This document shows, in pieces, positions 49,730-59,300 of a stretch of DNA of 64,000 nt. Under the pieces are notes generated by a model. That model saw only the letters and a program-made list of their open reading frames with translations, was not told where the DNA came from and did no database searches. The translations under genes and the position numbers were made by a program. Within the stretch, counting starts at the first letter, position 1. Each line of letters opens with the position of its first letter. The stretch is from an uncultured Sphingopyxis sp. (lineage in GTDB: Bacteria > Pseudomonadota > Alphaproteobacteria > Sphingomonadales > Sphingomonadaceae): positions 132,951 to 196,950 of the forward strand of contig CAZKOW010000001.1 in NCBI GenBank assembly GCA_964554455.1, given 5' to 3'.

Positions 49730-50956
49730 ATGTTTATGCTTTACCACGCGTTCGAAATGCAAAAGGCCTGGCTGGCGGGGGCGAGCCAGCTGGCCACCGC
49801 GGGGGCGCAGGTGATTGCGCATCCGGCCAATCCGCTGGGCTATATCGGCGGAGGGCAGATGTTTGCCTCTGCGCTTGAGGTGTTCGCCCATGCCGCTGCG
49901 CCGCGCGGCAAGCCCAAATTCGGGCTCGACACCACCATCGTTGCTGGCAAGTCGGTGCCGGTGCGCGAGGTGGTGGAGGCGCGCAAGCCCTTTGGCCAGC
50001 TCAAGCATTTCATCCACGCGGGCAGCGCGGGCGCGCCCAAATTGCTGATCGTTGCGCCCATGTCGGGCCATTATGCCACGCTGCTGCGCGGCACGGTCGA
50101 ACGCATGCTGCCTGGCCATGATGTGTGGATTACCGACTGGCGCGATGCGCGCAACGCGCCGCTGACCGCCGGGGGTTTCGACCTGGAATCCTACATCGAC
50201 TATCTGATCGAATGGCTGGAGCATATCGGGCCTGGCGCGCACATGCTGGCGGTGTGCCAGCCGTCGGTCCCCGCCTATGCCGCCGCCGCGATCATGTCGG
50301 CCAGCAAGCATCCGTGTCGCCCCCGCACGCTGACGATGATGGGCGGGCCGATTGACACGCGCGAGGCCCCGACCGAGGTGAACACCCACGCAACGACGCG
50401 CCCGCACGACTGGTTCGTCCACAATGTGATCGCGACCGTTCCCGCCTATTACAAGGGCGCGGGGCGGCGGGTTTACCCCGGCTTCCTGCAACTTGCAGGC
50501 TTCATGTCGATGAACCTGGGCAATCATATGATGAGCCATTGGCAGATGTATCAGCATCTGGTCGACGGCGACGGCGAAGAGGCGGACGCGAAAAAGGCCT
50601 TTTACGACGAATATCGCGCCGTGTGCGACATGACCGCCGAATTTTACCTGCAAACGGTGGATGTGGTGTTCCAGCGCCATTTGCTGCCCAAGGGCGAGTT
50701 TAATTATCGCGGGAAATTGGTCGATCCGGCGGCAATCACCGACATCGCGCTGCTCGCGATCGAGGGCGAACGCGACGATATTTCGGGGCTTGGCCAGACC
50801 AAGGCGGCCTTGAAGCTCGCCACCAAGTTACCGGCAGCGAAGAAACACTATCATATGGCCGCAGGCGCGGGCCATTATGGTATTTTCAACGGCCGCAAAT
50901 GGCGCGAACAAATTGCCCCGGTGCTGGAAGAGTGGATCCAGCGGCACGGGGGGTAG
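49730..50956 (+). CDS. phaZ: intracellular polyhydroxyalkanoate depolymerase
   Basis: 408 aa. 'MLYHAFEMQKAWLAGASQLA', 'LLIVAPMSGHYATLLRGTV' and 'GERDDISGLGQT' are typical of PhaZ (TIGR01849-like). Confidence 0.88.
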   Translation: MFMLYHAFEMQKAWLAGASQLATAGAQVIAHPANPLGYIGGGQMFASALEVFAHAAAPRGKPKFGLDTTIVAGKSVPVREVVEARKPFGQLKHFIHAGSAGAPKLLIVAPMSGHYATLLRGTVERMLPGHDVWITDWRDARNAPLTAGGFDLESYIDYLIEWLEHIGPGAHMLAVCQPSVPAYAAAAIMSASKHPCRPRTLTMMGGPIDTREAPTEVNTHATTRPHDWFVHNVIATVPAYYKGAGRRVYPGFLQLAGFMSMNLGNHMMSHWQMYQHLVDGDGEEADAKKAFYDEYRAVCDMTAEFYLQTVDVVFQRHLLPKGEFNYRGKLVDPAAITDIALLAIEGERDDISGLGQTKAALKLATKLPAAKKHYHMAAGAGHYGIFNGRKWREQIAPVLEEWIQRHGG

Positions 50957-50979
50957 GCTTTGCGCAGCGACGCGACGCG

Positions 50980-52215
50980 CTAAAGCGCCGATGCGCTGGT
51001 GCAGGCCGTCTTGTTGCCCAGCTTGCACGCCTTTTCGAACAATGTCTTGGCGCGCGCGCGGTCAGCCGGGCCGCCCTGGCCGAGCTGGGTCATCACCGCC
51101 AGATTGTTGCAGGCGTCGCTGGAATCGCCGTCGCAGGCCTTGGCCAGCACAGTCCGCGCACGCGCCGGTTCGGCCGGGCCGCCGACGCCGCGCGCCAGGC
51201 TGAGGCCAAATTCGCCGCAACCCAGCGCATTGCCGCCATCGCAGGCCTTGGCATAAAGCGCGCGGGCCTTGACCGTATCGGCAGGGCCGCCTTCACCCGC
51301 GACCCACATTCTTCCCAGATTGCGGCAGCTCAGCGCATAGCCCGTGTCACACGCCTTGGCATAGAGCGGCCGCGCTCCGGCAAGGTCAACCGCTCCGCCG
51401 CGGCCGAGCGCCAACGCCACTGCCAGATTGTGGCACGAAAGGGCATGATTGCGATAGCATCCCTTGGTGAGCAGGGTGCGCGCCTCAACCTGGTCCGCTG
51501 GGCCGCCTTTGCCATCCGTCAGCAGTGATGCAAGCCCGGCGCAGCCGTCCAGATCCTCTGCCTTGCAGGCCTTGTCGAACAGGCTGCGGGCCCGGGGCAG
51601 GTCAACCGCCCCGCCCTCGCCCGACTGCACCATCGAGCCCAGCGTGCGGCAGCTTCGCGCATAACCGCCGTCACAACCCTTGCCATAGAGTGTTCGGGCC
51701 CGGGGTAAATCAACCGGCCCGCCGCGACCAAGCGCCACCGCCACGGCCAGATTGTGGCACGAAAGGGCGTGATTGCCGTCGCAGCCCCTGGTCAGCAGGT
51801 TGCGTGCCTCCAACAAATTGGCCGGGCCTCCGCTGCCATTTTGCAGCATCGTCGCCAAATTGACGCAGGCATCGAAATAATTGCCGGTGCAAGCCTTGCC
51901 AAATATGGTCCGCGCGCGGGGCGGTTCGGCAGGGCCGCCTTGGCCCGTGGACAGCATCTGCGCAAAATTGAAACATCCGGCCAGCGCGCCAAGATCGCAC
52001 GCCCGCTCAAACCCCGCCCGTGCGGCGGGGTAGCGCGCAGCCCCGGCTTTATAGTCCGCCAGCGCGGCATTATAGGCCTGAGCCGCCGGACTGGGCGACT
52101 GCGCTGCCACCTGTGCCCGCGCAGAGGGCAGGGCCAGCGGGACCAGCATCAGGGCAAGCACCCCACGCGCGCGGCTGGCAACCGAAACAAGCAAAGGCAG
52201 GATTTGGGCGATCAT
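50980..52215 (-). CDS. Cys-rich Sel1-like repeat (Hcp-like) secreted protein, paralogue 1
   Basis: About 10 units of ~36 aa with the pattern 'A..L..KACD.G...(A/G)C.NLG.M...G.GGP.D...'. Start taken at ATG 52215, because the GGAG within the 'ATGGAGCC' of the longer ORF serves as its SD. Signal peptide present. Confidence 0.85.
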   Translation of the reverse strand: MIAQILPLLVSVASRARGVLALMLVPLALPSARAQVAAQSPSPAAQAYNAALADYKAGAARYPAARAGFERACDLGALAGCFNFAQMLSTGQGGPAEPPRARTIFGKACTGNYFDACVNLATMLQNGSGGPANLLEARNLLTRGCDGNHALSCHNLAVAVALGRGGPVDLPRARTLYGKGCDGGYARSCRTLGSMVQSGEGGAVDLPRARSLFDKACKAEDLDGCAGLASLLTDGKGGPADQVEARTLLTKGCYRNHALSCHNLAVALALGRGGAVDLAGARPLYAKACDTGYALSCRNLGRMWVAGEGGPADTVKARALYAKACDGGNALGCGEFGLSLARGVGGPAEPARARTVLAKACDGDSSDACNNLAVMTQLGQGGPADRARAKTLFEKACKLGNKTACTSASAL

Positions 52216-52279
52216 CACGTCAGGCTCCATAAATCAAAGTGCCAAGGGCACGATTTGAGTGTGGCAGCGACGCAAAGGC

Positions 52280-52307
52280 AGCTTACCGTGCGTCAGCCAG
52301 GATGCAA
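52280..52307 (-). promoter_or_regulatory. candidate sigma-70 promoter of Sel1 paralogue 1
   Basis: On the minus strand: TTGCAT-16 nt-TAAGCT. Duplicated upstream of paralogue 2 within the conserved 'GGGACTTGCATC' block. Confidence 0.45.
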
Positions 52308-52428
52308 GTCCCGGTCGGGCGAACCGCTTTGCCATTGCTGCGTTTGGGCCACCGGCGGCGCGCGGCGATGGACCGGGGTGAGGAAAAAGGGGGTCGATGA
52401 GCGGCGCAAATGGGTGCCGATGGACCCG

Positions 52429-54264
52429 CTAAAGCGCCGCCGCGCTGGCGCAGGCCGGTTGATTGCCCAGCTTGCATGCCTTGTCGAACAGCGCCTTGGC
52501 GCGCGCGCGATCAACCGGGCCGCCCGTGCCATTGCGGTGCATCACCGCCAGATTGTTGCACGCCCCATCCGCGTTGCCATCGCACCCCTTGGCCAGCACC
52601 GTCCGCGCGCGCGCGACATCCACGGGGCCGCCGGTTCCCTGATAAAGGAATACACCCAAATTGCCGCAGCCGATGGCATTACCCTCATCGCAGGCCTTGG
52701 TGAACAGCGCGCGTGCCCGCACGGCATCGGCGGGGCCGCCCCGACCGCGCGCGACCATGGACCCCAGGTTCGAACAGCCGGTCGCGTTATTGCCATCGCA
52801 CGCCTTGGTATAAAGCGCGCGGGCGCGCACCGGATCGGCCGGGCCGCCCTCGCCGCGCGACCACATGATGCCCAAATTGGTGCAGGCGGCGATGAAGTTG
52901 CCATCGCAGGCCTTGGCGTAGAGGCCGCGGGCCTCGCGCTCCATCGCCAATTTGTCCGCGCCGCCAAAGCGCGGATCGCCGCCATGGGTCAACAACAGCA
53001 GCGCCAAATTGTGGCACCCCTGGGCATGGTTGCCAGTGCAGGCCTTGGCATAGCTTTCGCGCGCGGCGGTGAGGTCCTTGCGCCAGCCACGGCCCTCTTC
53101 ATACAGGATGCCCAGGTTGGTGCAGCCTTCAAAGGAATTGCGGTCGCATCCCTTGGCAAAGAACAGCCCGGCGCTGGCCGCATCAACCGGCCCGCCGCGC
53201 CCCTCCACCATCATGATCGCCGCGTTGGTGCAGGCCATCGCAAGGTTGGCGGAACAGGCCTTGTTATAGGTTGCGCGCGCACGCGGCGCGTCAGCCTCGC
53301 CGCCCTGGCCCTTATCCAGCATGACGGCAAGGTTGAAACAGCCGTCCGCGCCGCCAAGATTGCAAACGCGCTCAAACCCTGCGCGCGCGGCGGGGAGGCG
53401 CGCGCCGCCCGCGCGGAGATCGGCCAGGGCGGCGGTGAAGGCTTGATCCGCCGCGCTGCCTCCAGGCGGGGTTGCGGGCTGGCGCGCGGCAGCGGGTGGC
53501 GGGGGTGCCGGTCGGGCGGCCGTAGCGGGTGGCGCCGGGCGCGCAGCCGCCGCAGCGGGCGGACCTGCGTTCGCGGCCATTGCCTGCGCTCTGGTGCAGG
53601 CCCCTTGATTGCCCAGGCGGCACGCCTTGTCCATCTGTGCCTTGGCGGCGGTGTGGTCGACCGGGCCGCCGCGCCCGTCGCGCAGGAAAATGCCCAGATT
53701 GTGGCATCCCACCGGATCGTTCCCATCGCAACCACGGACATAAAAGCCGCGCGCAGCCGTCATATCAACCACACCGCCCATCCCGCGTTCCAACATGAAG
53801 GCGATGTTGGTGCAGGCGACGGCGCTGCCCGCGTTGCACGCCTTGGTATAAAGCGCGCGCGCACGCGGGCCATCTGCCGCGCCGCCGCGCCCCTCGCGCA
53901 GCATGAAGGCCAGGTTGGAACAGGCGATGGCGTTGTTCGCATCGCAGGCGCGGCCATAAAGGGTCCGGGCGCGCGGCGAGTCCACCGGCCCGCCCTCAGC
54001 TTTGTCGAGCATATTGGCAAGGTTGGCACAGCCGATGATGCTGCCCAAATTGCAGGCGCGCTCATAACCGGCGCGTGCAGCGGGCATCCTGTCGCCCCCG
54101 GCGCGATAATCGGCCAGGGCGGTGTTCAGCGCCTGATTGGCCTGCTCCGCGGCTGGATTGGGCGGCGGGACGGGACGCAGCTGCGCCTGTGCGGGCACGG
54201 CAATCACGGTGGCCAGAAACAGAAGAAGGCCAGCAGTCAAACGCGGCAAATTGCGGGCAATCAT
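52429..54264 (-). CDS. Cys-rich Sel1-like repeat protein, paralogue 2 (two arrays joined by a Pro/Ala linker)
   Basis: 611 aa from ATG 54264, with a signal peptide. Array 1 is followed by the linker 'ANAGPPAAAAARPAPPATAARPAPPPPAAARQPATPPGG' and then array 2. Both arrays open with 'ALAD(Y/L)RAGG...PAARAG(Y/F)ER' and close with 'KAC(R/K)LGNQ.AC'. Confidence 0.85.
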   Translation of the reverse strand: MIARNLPRLTAGLLLFLATVIAVPAQAQLRPVPPPNPAAEQANQALNTALADYRAGGDRMPAARAGYERACNLGSIIGCANLANMLDKAEGGPVDSPRARTLYGRACDANNAIACSNLAFMLREGRGGAADGPRARALYTKACNAGSAVACTNIAFMLERGMGGVVDMTAARGFYVRGCDGNDPVGCHNLGIFLRDGRGGPVDHTAAKAQMDKACRLGNQGACTRAQAMAANAGPPAAAAARPAPPATAARPAPPPPAAARQPATPPGGSAADQAFTAALADLRAGGARLPAARAGFERVCNLGGADGCFNLAVMLDKGQGGEADAPRARATYNKACSANLAMACTNAAIMMVEGRGGPVDAASAGLFFAKGCDRNSFEGCTNLGILYEEGRGWRKDLTAARESYAKACTGNHAQGCHNLALLLLTHGGDPRFGGADKLAMEREARGLYAKACDGNFIAACTNLGIMWSRGEGGPADPVRARALYTKACDGNNATGCSNLGSMVARGRGGPADAVRARALFTKACDEGNAIGCGNLGVFLYQGTGGPVDVARARTVLAKGCDGNADGACNNLAVMHRNGTGGPVDRARAKALFDKACKLGNQPACASAAAL

Positions 54265-54329
54265 CACGTCAAGCTCCATGGGTCAAAGCAGCGCAAAGCC
54301 TGCCTTAACGGTGATAGCGACGTAAGTTG

Positions 54330-54357
54330 AACTTACAGTGCGGGACGCGCGATGCAA
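54330..54357 (-). promoter_or_regulatory. candidate sigma-70 promoter of Sel1 paralogue 2
   Basis: On the minus strand: TTGCAT-16 nt-TAAGTT, with the same spacing and 'GGGACTTGCATC' block as at 52280-52312. Confidence 0.45.
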
Positions 54358-54408
54358 GTCCCATTGCCCGGAAAATGATGCAATGGCCGCACCTTGGCCC
54401 GGTGCGGG

Positions 54409-54798
54409 TCAGAGCAGGCCGGTCTGCTGCCGATACAAATGGCTGTCAGCATATTGCTGAAATTTCGTAAGCCTGCCCCCGGCCACCGTCCACACATGGC
54501 AAAAGGGTGTCGCCACCCGCCCATCATGCCCGCGATAGGTGCCAAAGGCGACGGCGCGGTCATCGCCCAGTGGCAGCACCTCGTCGGGCACGGCGGTAAA
54601 GTCGGGCACATCGGCGGCGATGGGGCCGAACACCTGGCCCGCCACTTCGGCAAAGCCATGCCACACCCCGCCATAGGGCATGCCCAGATTTTCATGCCAT
54701 TCGATATCGGCGAGCAGCGCCCCCAGCGCCGCCATGTCGCCTGCGGCAAAGGCATCATAAACGCCGCGTGCGGCGGTTTGGGCTTCGGTCATCGACAA
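54409..54798 (-). CDS. SnoaL/NTF2-like small protein
   Basis: 129 aa. 'ARGVYDAFAAGDMAALGALLADIEWHE' and '...HVWTVAGGRLTKFQQYAD' are typical of the SnoaL_2 fold. Confidence 0.7.
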   Translation of the reverse strand: MSMTEAQTAARGVYDAFAAGDMAALGALLADIEWHENLGMPYGGVWHGFAEVAGQVFGPIAADVPDFTAVPDEVLPLGDDRAVAFGTYRGHDGRVATPFCHVWTVAGGRLTKFQQYADSHLYRQQTGLL

Positions 54799-54870
54799 TC
54801 CTCCTGCGGCATGCGGGTTTCCAAAAGATCATAGGCGCGGACCATGGCTTCGGCAAAGCCGCGCCGGGAT

Positions 54871-56064
54871 TCAGGGCCCTGGAGGCCGCATGTTCCCATT
54901 GGCGAAATCACATGCGACCGCCAGCTTCAAATCGCATGCCTTGCGAAACAGGGCGCGGGCCTCCGCTTCATCCTTTGGTCCGCCACGGCCATCCGCCAGC
55001 AGCGTGCCCAGTTTGAGGCACGCCGCAGGCAGATTGTCGGCGCAGGCCGGTCGCAAATGCTGGCGCGCGGCGGCGATCATCACCGGTCCGCCTTCGCCCA
55101 GCAACATCATGTCGGCAAGATTGCTGCACGATTTTGCCCAACCGGCGGCGCATGCGCGTTCATACAGCTGCCGGGCGGCGGGCTTGTCCTCCGCTCCGCC
55201 GCGCCCGTTTTCGAGCAGCGCGCCCCAATTGCCGCACCCCGCCGGTCTGCCGCGTTCGCACGCCAGTTCATAATAGACGCGCGCCTGGATGTCATCCACC
55301 GGCCCGGCCTTGCCCTTGGCATGGCTGACCCCGGCGGCGTTACAGCCCGCGCCCAGCCCGGCGGCACAGCTGCGTTCAAACAATCGCAGCGCCGCGCCAT
55401 GGTCGGCCGGGCCGCCCTGCGGTTCTTCCAGCATATAGCCCAGCCGCAAACAGCCATTGGTGTCGCCGCCGTCACACAGCGCGCGGTAAATCGCCCGCGC
55501 CCGCGCCAATTGCTGGGGGTCGGTCGAGTCATTTTCCCAACCGCCCGCCAAGTTGGAGCAGGCGGTGGTATTGCCAGCGGTGCAGGCCCGATCGTTCAGC
55601 GCCATGGCGCGCTCCGCGTCGGCGGGCCCACCTTTGCCTTCATTCAGCATGGCGGCCAGATTGCTGCATGCCTCCATCCGGCCCTGTTCACAGGCCAGCT
55701 CATACAGGGTGCGGGCGCGCGGCGCTTCGACCGAGCCGCCCCGGCCATCCTCCAGCATCATGGCAAGGTTGGAACAGGCCATCATCTCCCCGCCAGTGCA
55801 GGCGGTGTCATAATGGCCGCGCGCCGCCGCCTCGTCGGTGGCCCCGCCGGTTCCATTTTCGGCGAAGACGCCCAGATCATAGCATCCGGTGACATGGCCC
55901 GCCGCGCAGGCGCGGGCATACCACGCCCGCGCCTGCTCCGGCCGTTCGGCAAGCAGCGCCGCTGTGCCCTGATCATAGAGCTGCTGAGCGGTGGCCTTGC
56001 CCGGTCCGGCAGGGCTGAGCGTCAGCGCAAGCACCGCCAGTCCGGCCAGCCAGCCATTCAGCAT
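54871..56064 (-). CDS. Cys-rich Sel1-like repeat protein, paralogue 3
   Basis: 397 aa. Signal peptide and about 9 SLR units with paired Cys. Lies 41 nt downstream of the thiolase gene on the same strand. Confidence 0.85.
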   Translation of the reverse strand: MLNGWLAGLAVLALTLSPAGPGKATAQQLYDQGTAALLAERPEQARAWYARACAAGHVTGCYDLGVFAENGTGGATDEAAARGHYDTACTGGEMMACSNLAMMLEDGRGGSVEAPRARTLYELACEQGRMEACSNLAAMLNEGKGGPADAERAMALNDRACTAGNTTACSNLAGGWENDSTDPQQLARARAIYRALCDGGDTNGCLRLGYMLEEPQGGPADHGAALRLFERSCAAGLGAGCNAAGVSHAKGKAGPVDDIQARVYYELACERGRPAGCGNWGALLENGRGGAEDKPAARQLYERACAAGWAKSCSNLADMMLLGEGGPVMIAAARQHLRPACADNLPAACLKLGTLLADGRGGPKDEAEARALFRKACDLKLAVACDFANGNMRPPGP

Positions 56065-56105
56065 GATCAGCGCCCCTTTGGGTAAGCCGGGTCAGCGCCC
56101 CCGGA

Positions 56106-57287
<1,182 letters not shown>

Positions 57288-57319
57288 GGGGGGTGTCTCC
57301 TGATCTTCTTTCTACCAAT

Positions 57320-57444
57320 CCCTCCCCTTCAGGGGAGGGAAGCGAAACTTGGCAGCTTGCTGCCTAGTTGCAGCGGGAGGGGACTCGCGACATTGTGCAA
57401 GGCTGACAGTCCCCACCCCAACCCCTCCCCTGAAGGGGAGGGGC
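57320..57444. repeat. two REP family C palindromes flanking a spacer
   Basis: CCCTCCCCTTCAGGGGAGGG (57320-57339) and CCCCACCCCAACCCCTCCCCTGAAGGGGAGGGGC (57411-57444). Confidence 0.88.
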
Positions 57445-57453
57445 CAAATCATT

Positions 57454-57912
57454 TCAAACGAAAAACTGGCTGATCCATTCGCAGATCAGCGCGGGCTTGT
57501 CCTCGCCCTCAATCTCCACGCTCACTTCCTGCACCTGTTGCCACTGGCCCGGGCGCTTTTCTTCCAGTTCCAGCAGCTTGAAATGCGCGCGCACGCGCTT
57601 GCCCGCGCGAACGGGGGCCAGGAAGCGCAGCTTGTTGCTGCCATAATTCACCCCCATCTTCACGCCCTCGACGCGGGGGAAGTCCGATTTGGCGGACAGG
57701 AGCGGCATCAGCGACAGGGTCAGAAAGCCGTGTGCGATGGTGCCGCCGAACGGGGTCGCCTTGGCGCGTTCGACGTCGATGTGGATGAATTGATGATCAC
57801 CGGTGGCATCGGCGAATTTGTTGATCATCGCCTGATCGACCAGCACCCATTCCGATGTGCCGATTTGCTCCCCCACGCGGGCGGCTAAGTCCGCTGCCGA
57901 AATCGCTGCCAT
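57454..57912 (-). CDS. MaoC-like (R)-specific enoyl-CoA hydratase
   Basis: 152 aa from ATG 57912. 'FADATGDHQFIHIDVERAKATPFGGTIAHGFLTLSL'. Confidence 0.85.
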   Translation of the reverse strand: MAAISAADLAARVGEQIGTSEWVLVDQAMINKFADATGDHQFIHIDVERAKATPFGGTIAHGFLTLSLMPLLSAKSDFPRVEGVKMGVNYGSNKLRFLAPVRAGKRVRAHFKLLELEEKRPGQWQQVQEVSVEIEGEDKPALICEWISQFFV

Positions 57913-58012
57913 GGCTTCTGCTCTCCTGTTCAGAATCGGCTGAATGCCGGGCTTTTGCGCCAAGAAACGGGCGGGCGCAAGCCGCCGCCGCTGTGCCCCC
58001 GCCGCCGTAGGG

Positions 58013-59218
58013 TCAGCGCGGCTTGGCCGCCGCATCGGGCGCCGGCGCGGGGGTGGCAAAGGGCATGATCATCGTGCCGTCGGGCGCGGCGGTAAAGGTC
58101 GTCTGGGTGGGATAGGCGAAATGATAGCCCGCCGCCTGCATCAGTTCAAACACGCGAATGCCGACCTCGGTCCGCCCCTCGGCCACCTCTTCAATATCCT
58201 CGCTCAGCACGTCGAAAAGCAATTCAAAATCCAGGCTGGACGGGCCGAACGTCACGAAACTGGAGCGCACAAAGACATGCTCGGTTTCCACCACCGCGCG
58301 TTCGAGCAGCGCGGGCAGCGCGCGCAGGGCGTCGGGCGGCGTTTGATACACCACCCCGATCGTCAGCGTGATGCGCCGCCGTTCCAGCCGCGCGAAATTG
58401 GCAATTTCCTTGTTCAGCAAATTGGTGTTGCTGATGATCAGCAGCTCGCCATTGACCGAGCGCAGGCGCGTGCTTTTCAGGCCAACCCGCTCCACCGTCG
58501 CGACGGTTGTGTCATATCGGATCGTCTCGCCATTGCTGAACGGCCGGTCGAAAATGATCGACAACGCGGCGAACAGATCGGCAAAAATCCCTTGCGCCGC
58601 TAGGCCGATGGCGATGCCGCCGATGCCCAGACCGGCGATCAGGCCCGACACATTCACGCCGATGTTTGACAGGATGATGATCGCGGCAATGGCGAACAGC
58701 GCGACGCTGATCAACAGGCGGATGATGGCCATGGCGTTGACCAGCGTTTCGCTGCCGCTTTCGGCGGCGCGGCGCTGGATGACGCCGATCAATATATCGC
58801 GCAGCCACGCCGCGCCCTGCAACGCCAGCGTCGCGGTGAGCACCACGCTGACCAGCCCCAGCACCGCGCCCGGCGGGCTGGTATAGGGAATGGCAAGGCA
58901 CAGGCTGAGCAGGATCATCGGCAGCGTGCGGGTCCGCGCCGCCGCGCGCAGGAACACGTCGGTCAGGCTGATGTCGGGGGCCAGCCGCACCTCGCGCCGC
59001 CGCGCCAGCATCCGCAGGCCATAAAGGATGGCGAACAGGGTGAGCGCCGCGCCCGTCGCGACGGCGATGTCGCCCCAATGCAGGTCAAACCACCGGGCCA
59101 CCGGGGCCCAGCTGGTCGCCAGACTGTCCCAGGCCGACGTCGGCGCGGCGGCAGCGGCAGGCTCGGCAGCGGGCGGGGCGGGCGTGGGGGAGGGCGGCGC
59201 AGGCGCTTTCGTGGTCAT
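58013..59218 (-). CDS. MscS-family mechanosensitive channel
   Basis: 401 aa. TM3-like 'GLIAGLGIGGIAIGLAAQGIFADLF' and a beta-domain 'GETIRYDTTVATVERVGLKSTRLRS'. Confidence 0.88.
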   Translation of the reverse strand: MTTKAPAPPSPTPAPPAAEPAAAAAPTSAWDSLATSWAPVARWFDLHWGDIAVATGAALTLFAILYGLRMLARRREVRLAPDISLTDVFLRAAARTRTLPMILLSLCLAIPYTSPPGAVLGLVSVVLTATLALQGAAWLRDILIGVIQRRAAESGSETLVNAMAIIRLLISVALFAIAAIIILSNIGVNVSGLIAGLGIGGIAIGLAAQGIFADLFAALSIIFDRPFSNGETIRYDTTVATVERVGLKSTRLRSVNGELLIISNTNLLNKEIANFARLERRRITLTIGVVYQTPPDALRALPALLERAVVETEHVFVRSSFVTFGPSSLDFELLFDVLSEDIEEVAEGRTEVGIRVFELMQAAGYHFAYPTQTTFTAAPDGTMIMPFATPAPAPDAAAKPR

Positions 59219-59300
59219 CCCTGCGCTTTAGCGCAACTGGCCCGGCTTTGGCAAAAAGGCTGGCCAGCCCCTTTGGCCATCCTCTCCGGCCAGCGCGCGG

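Noticed and set aside
51754-54330. 858-aa plus-strand ORF across the Sel1 region.
   Set aside because: It is antisense to two Sel1-repeat genes that have signal peptides and regular Cys-containing repeats. The plus-strand product is an Arg/Gly/Ala repeat that only mirrors the repeat periodicity.
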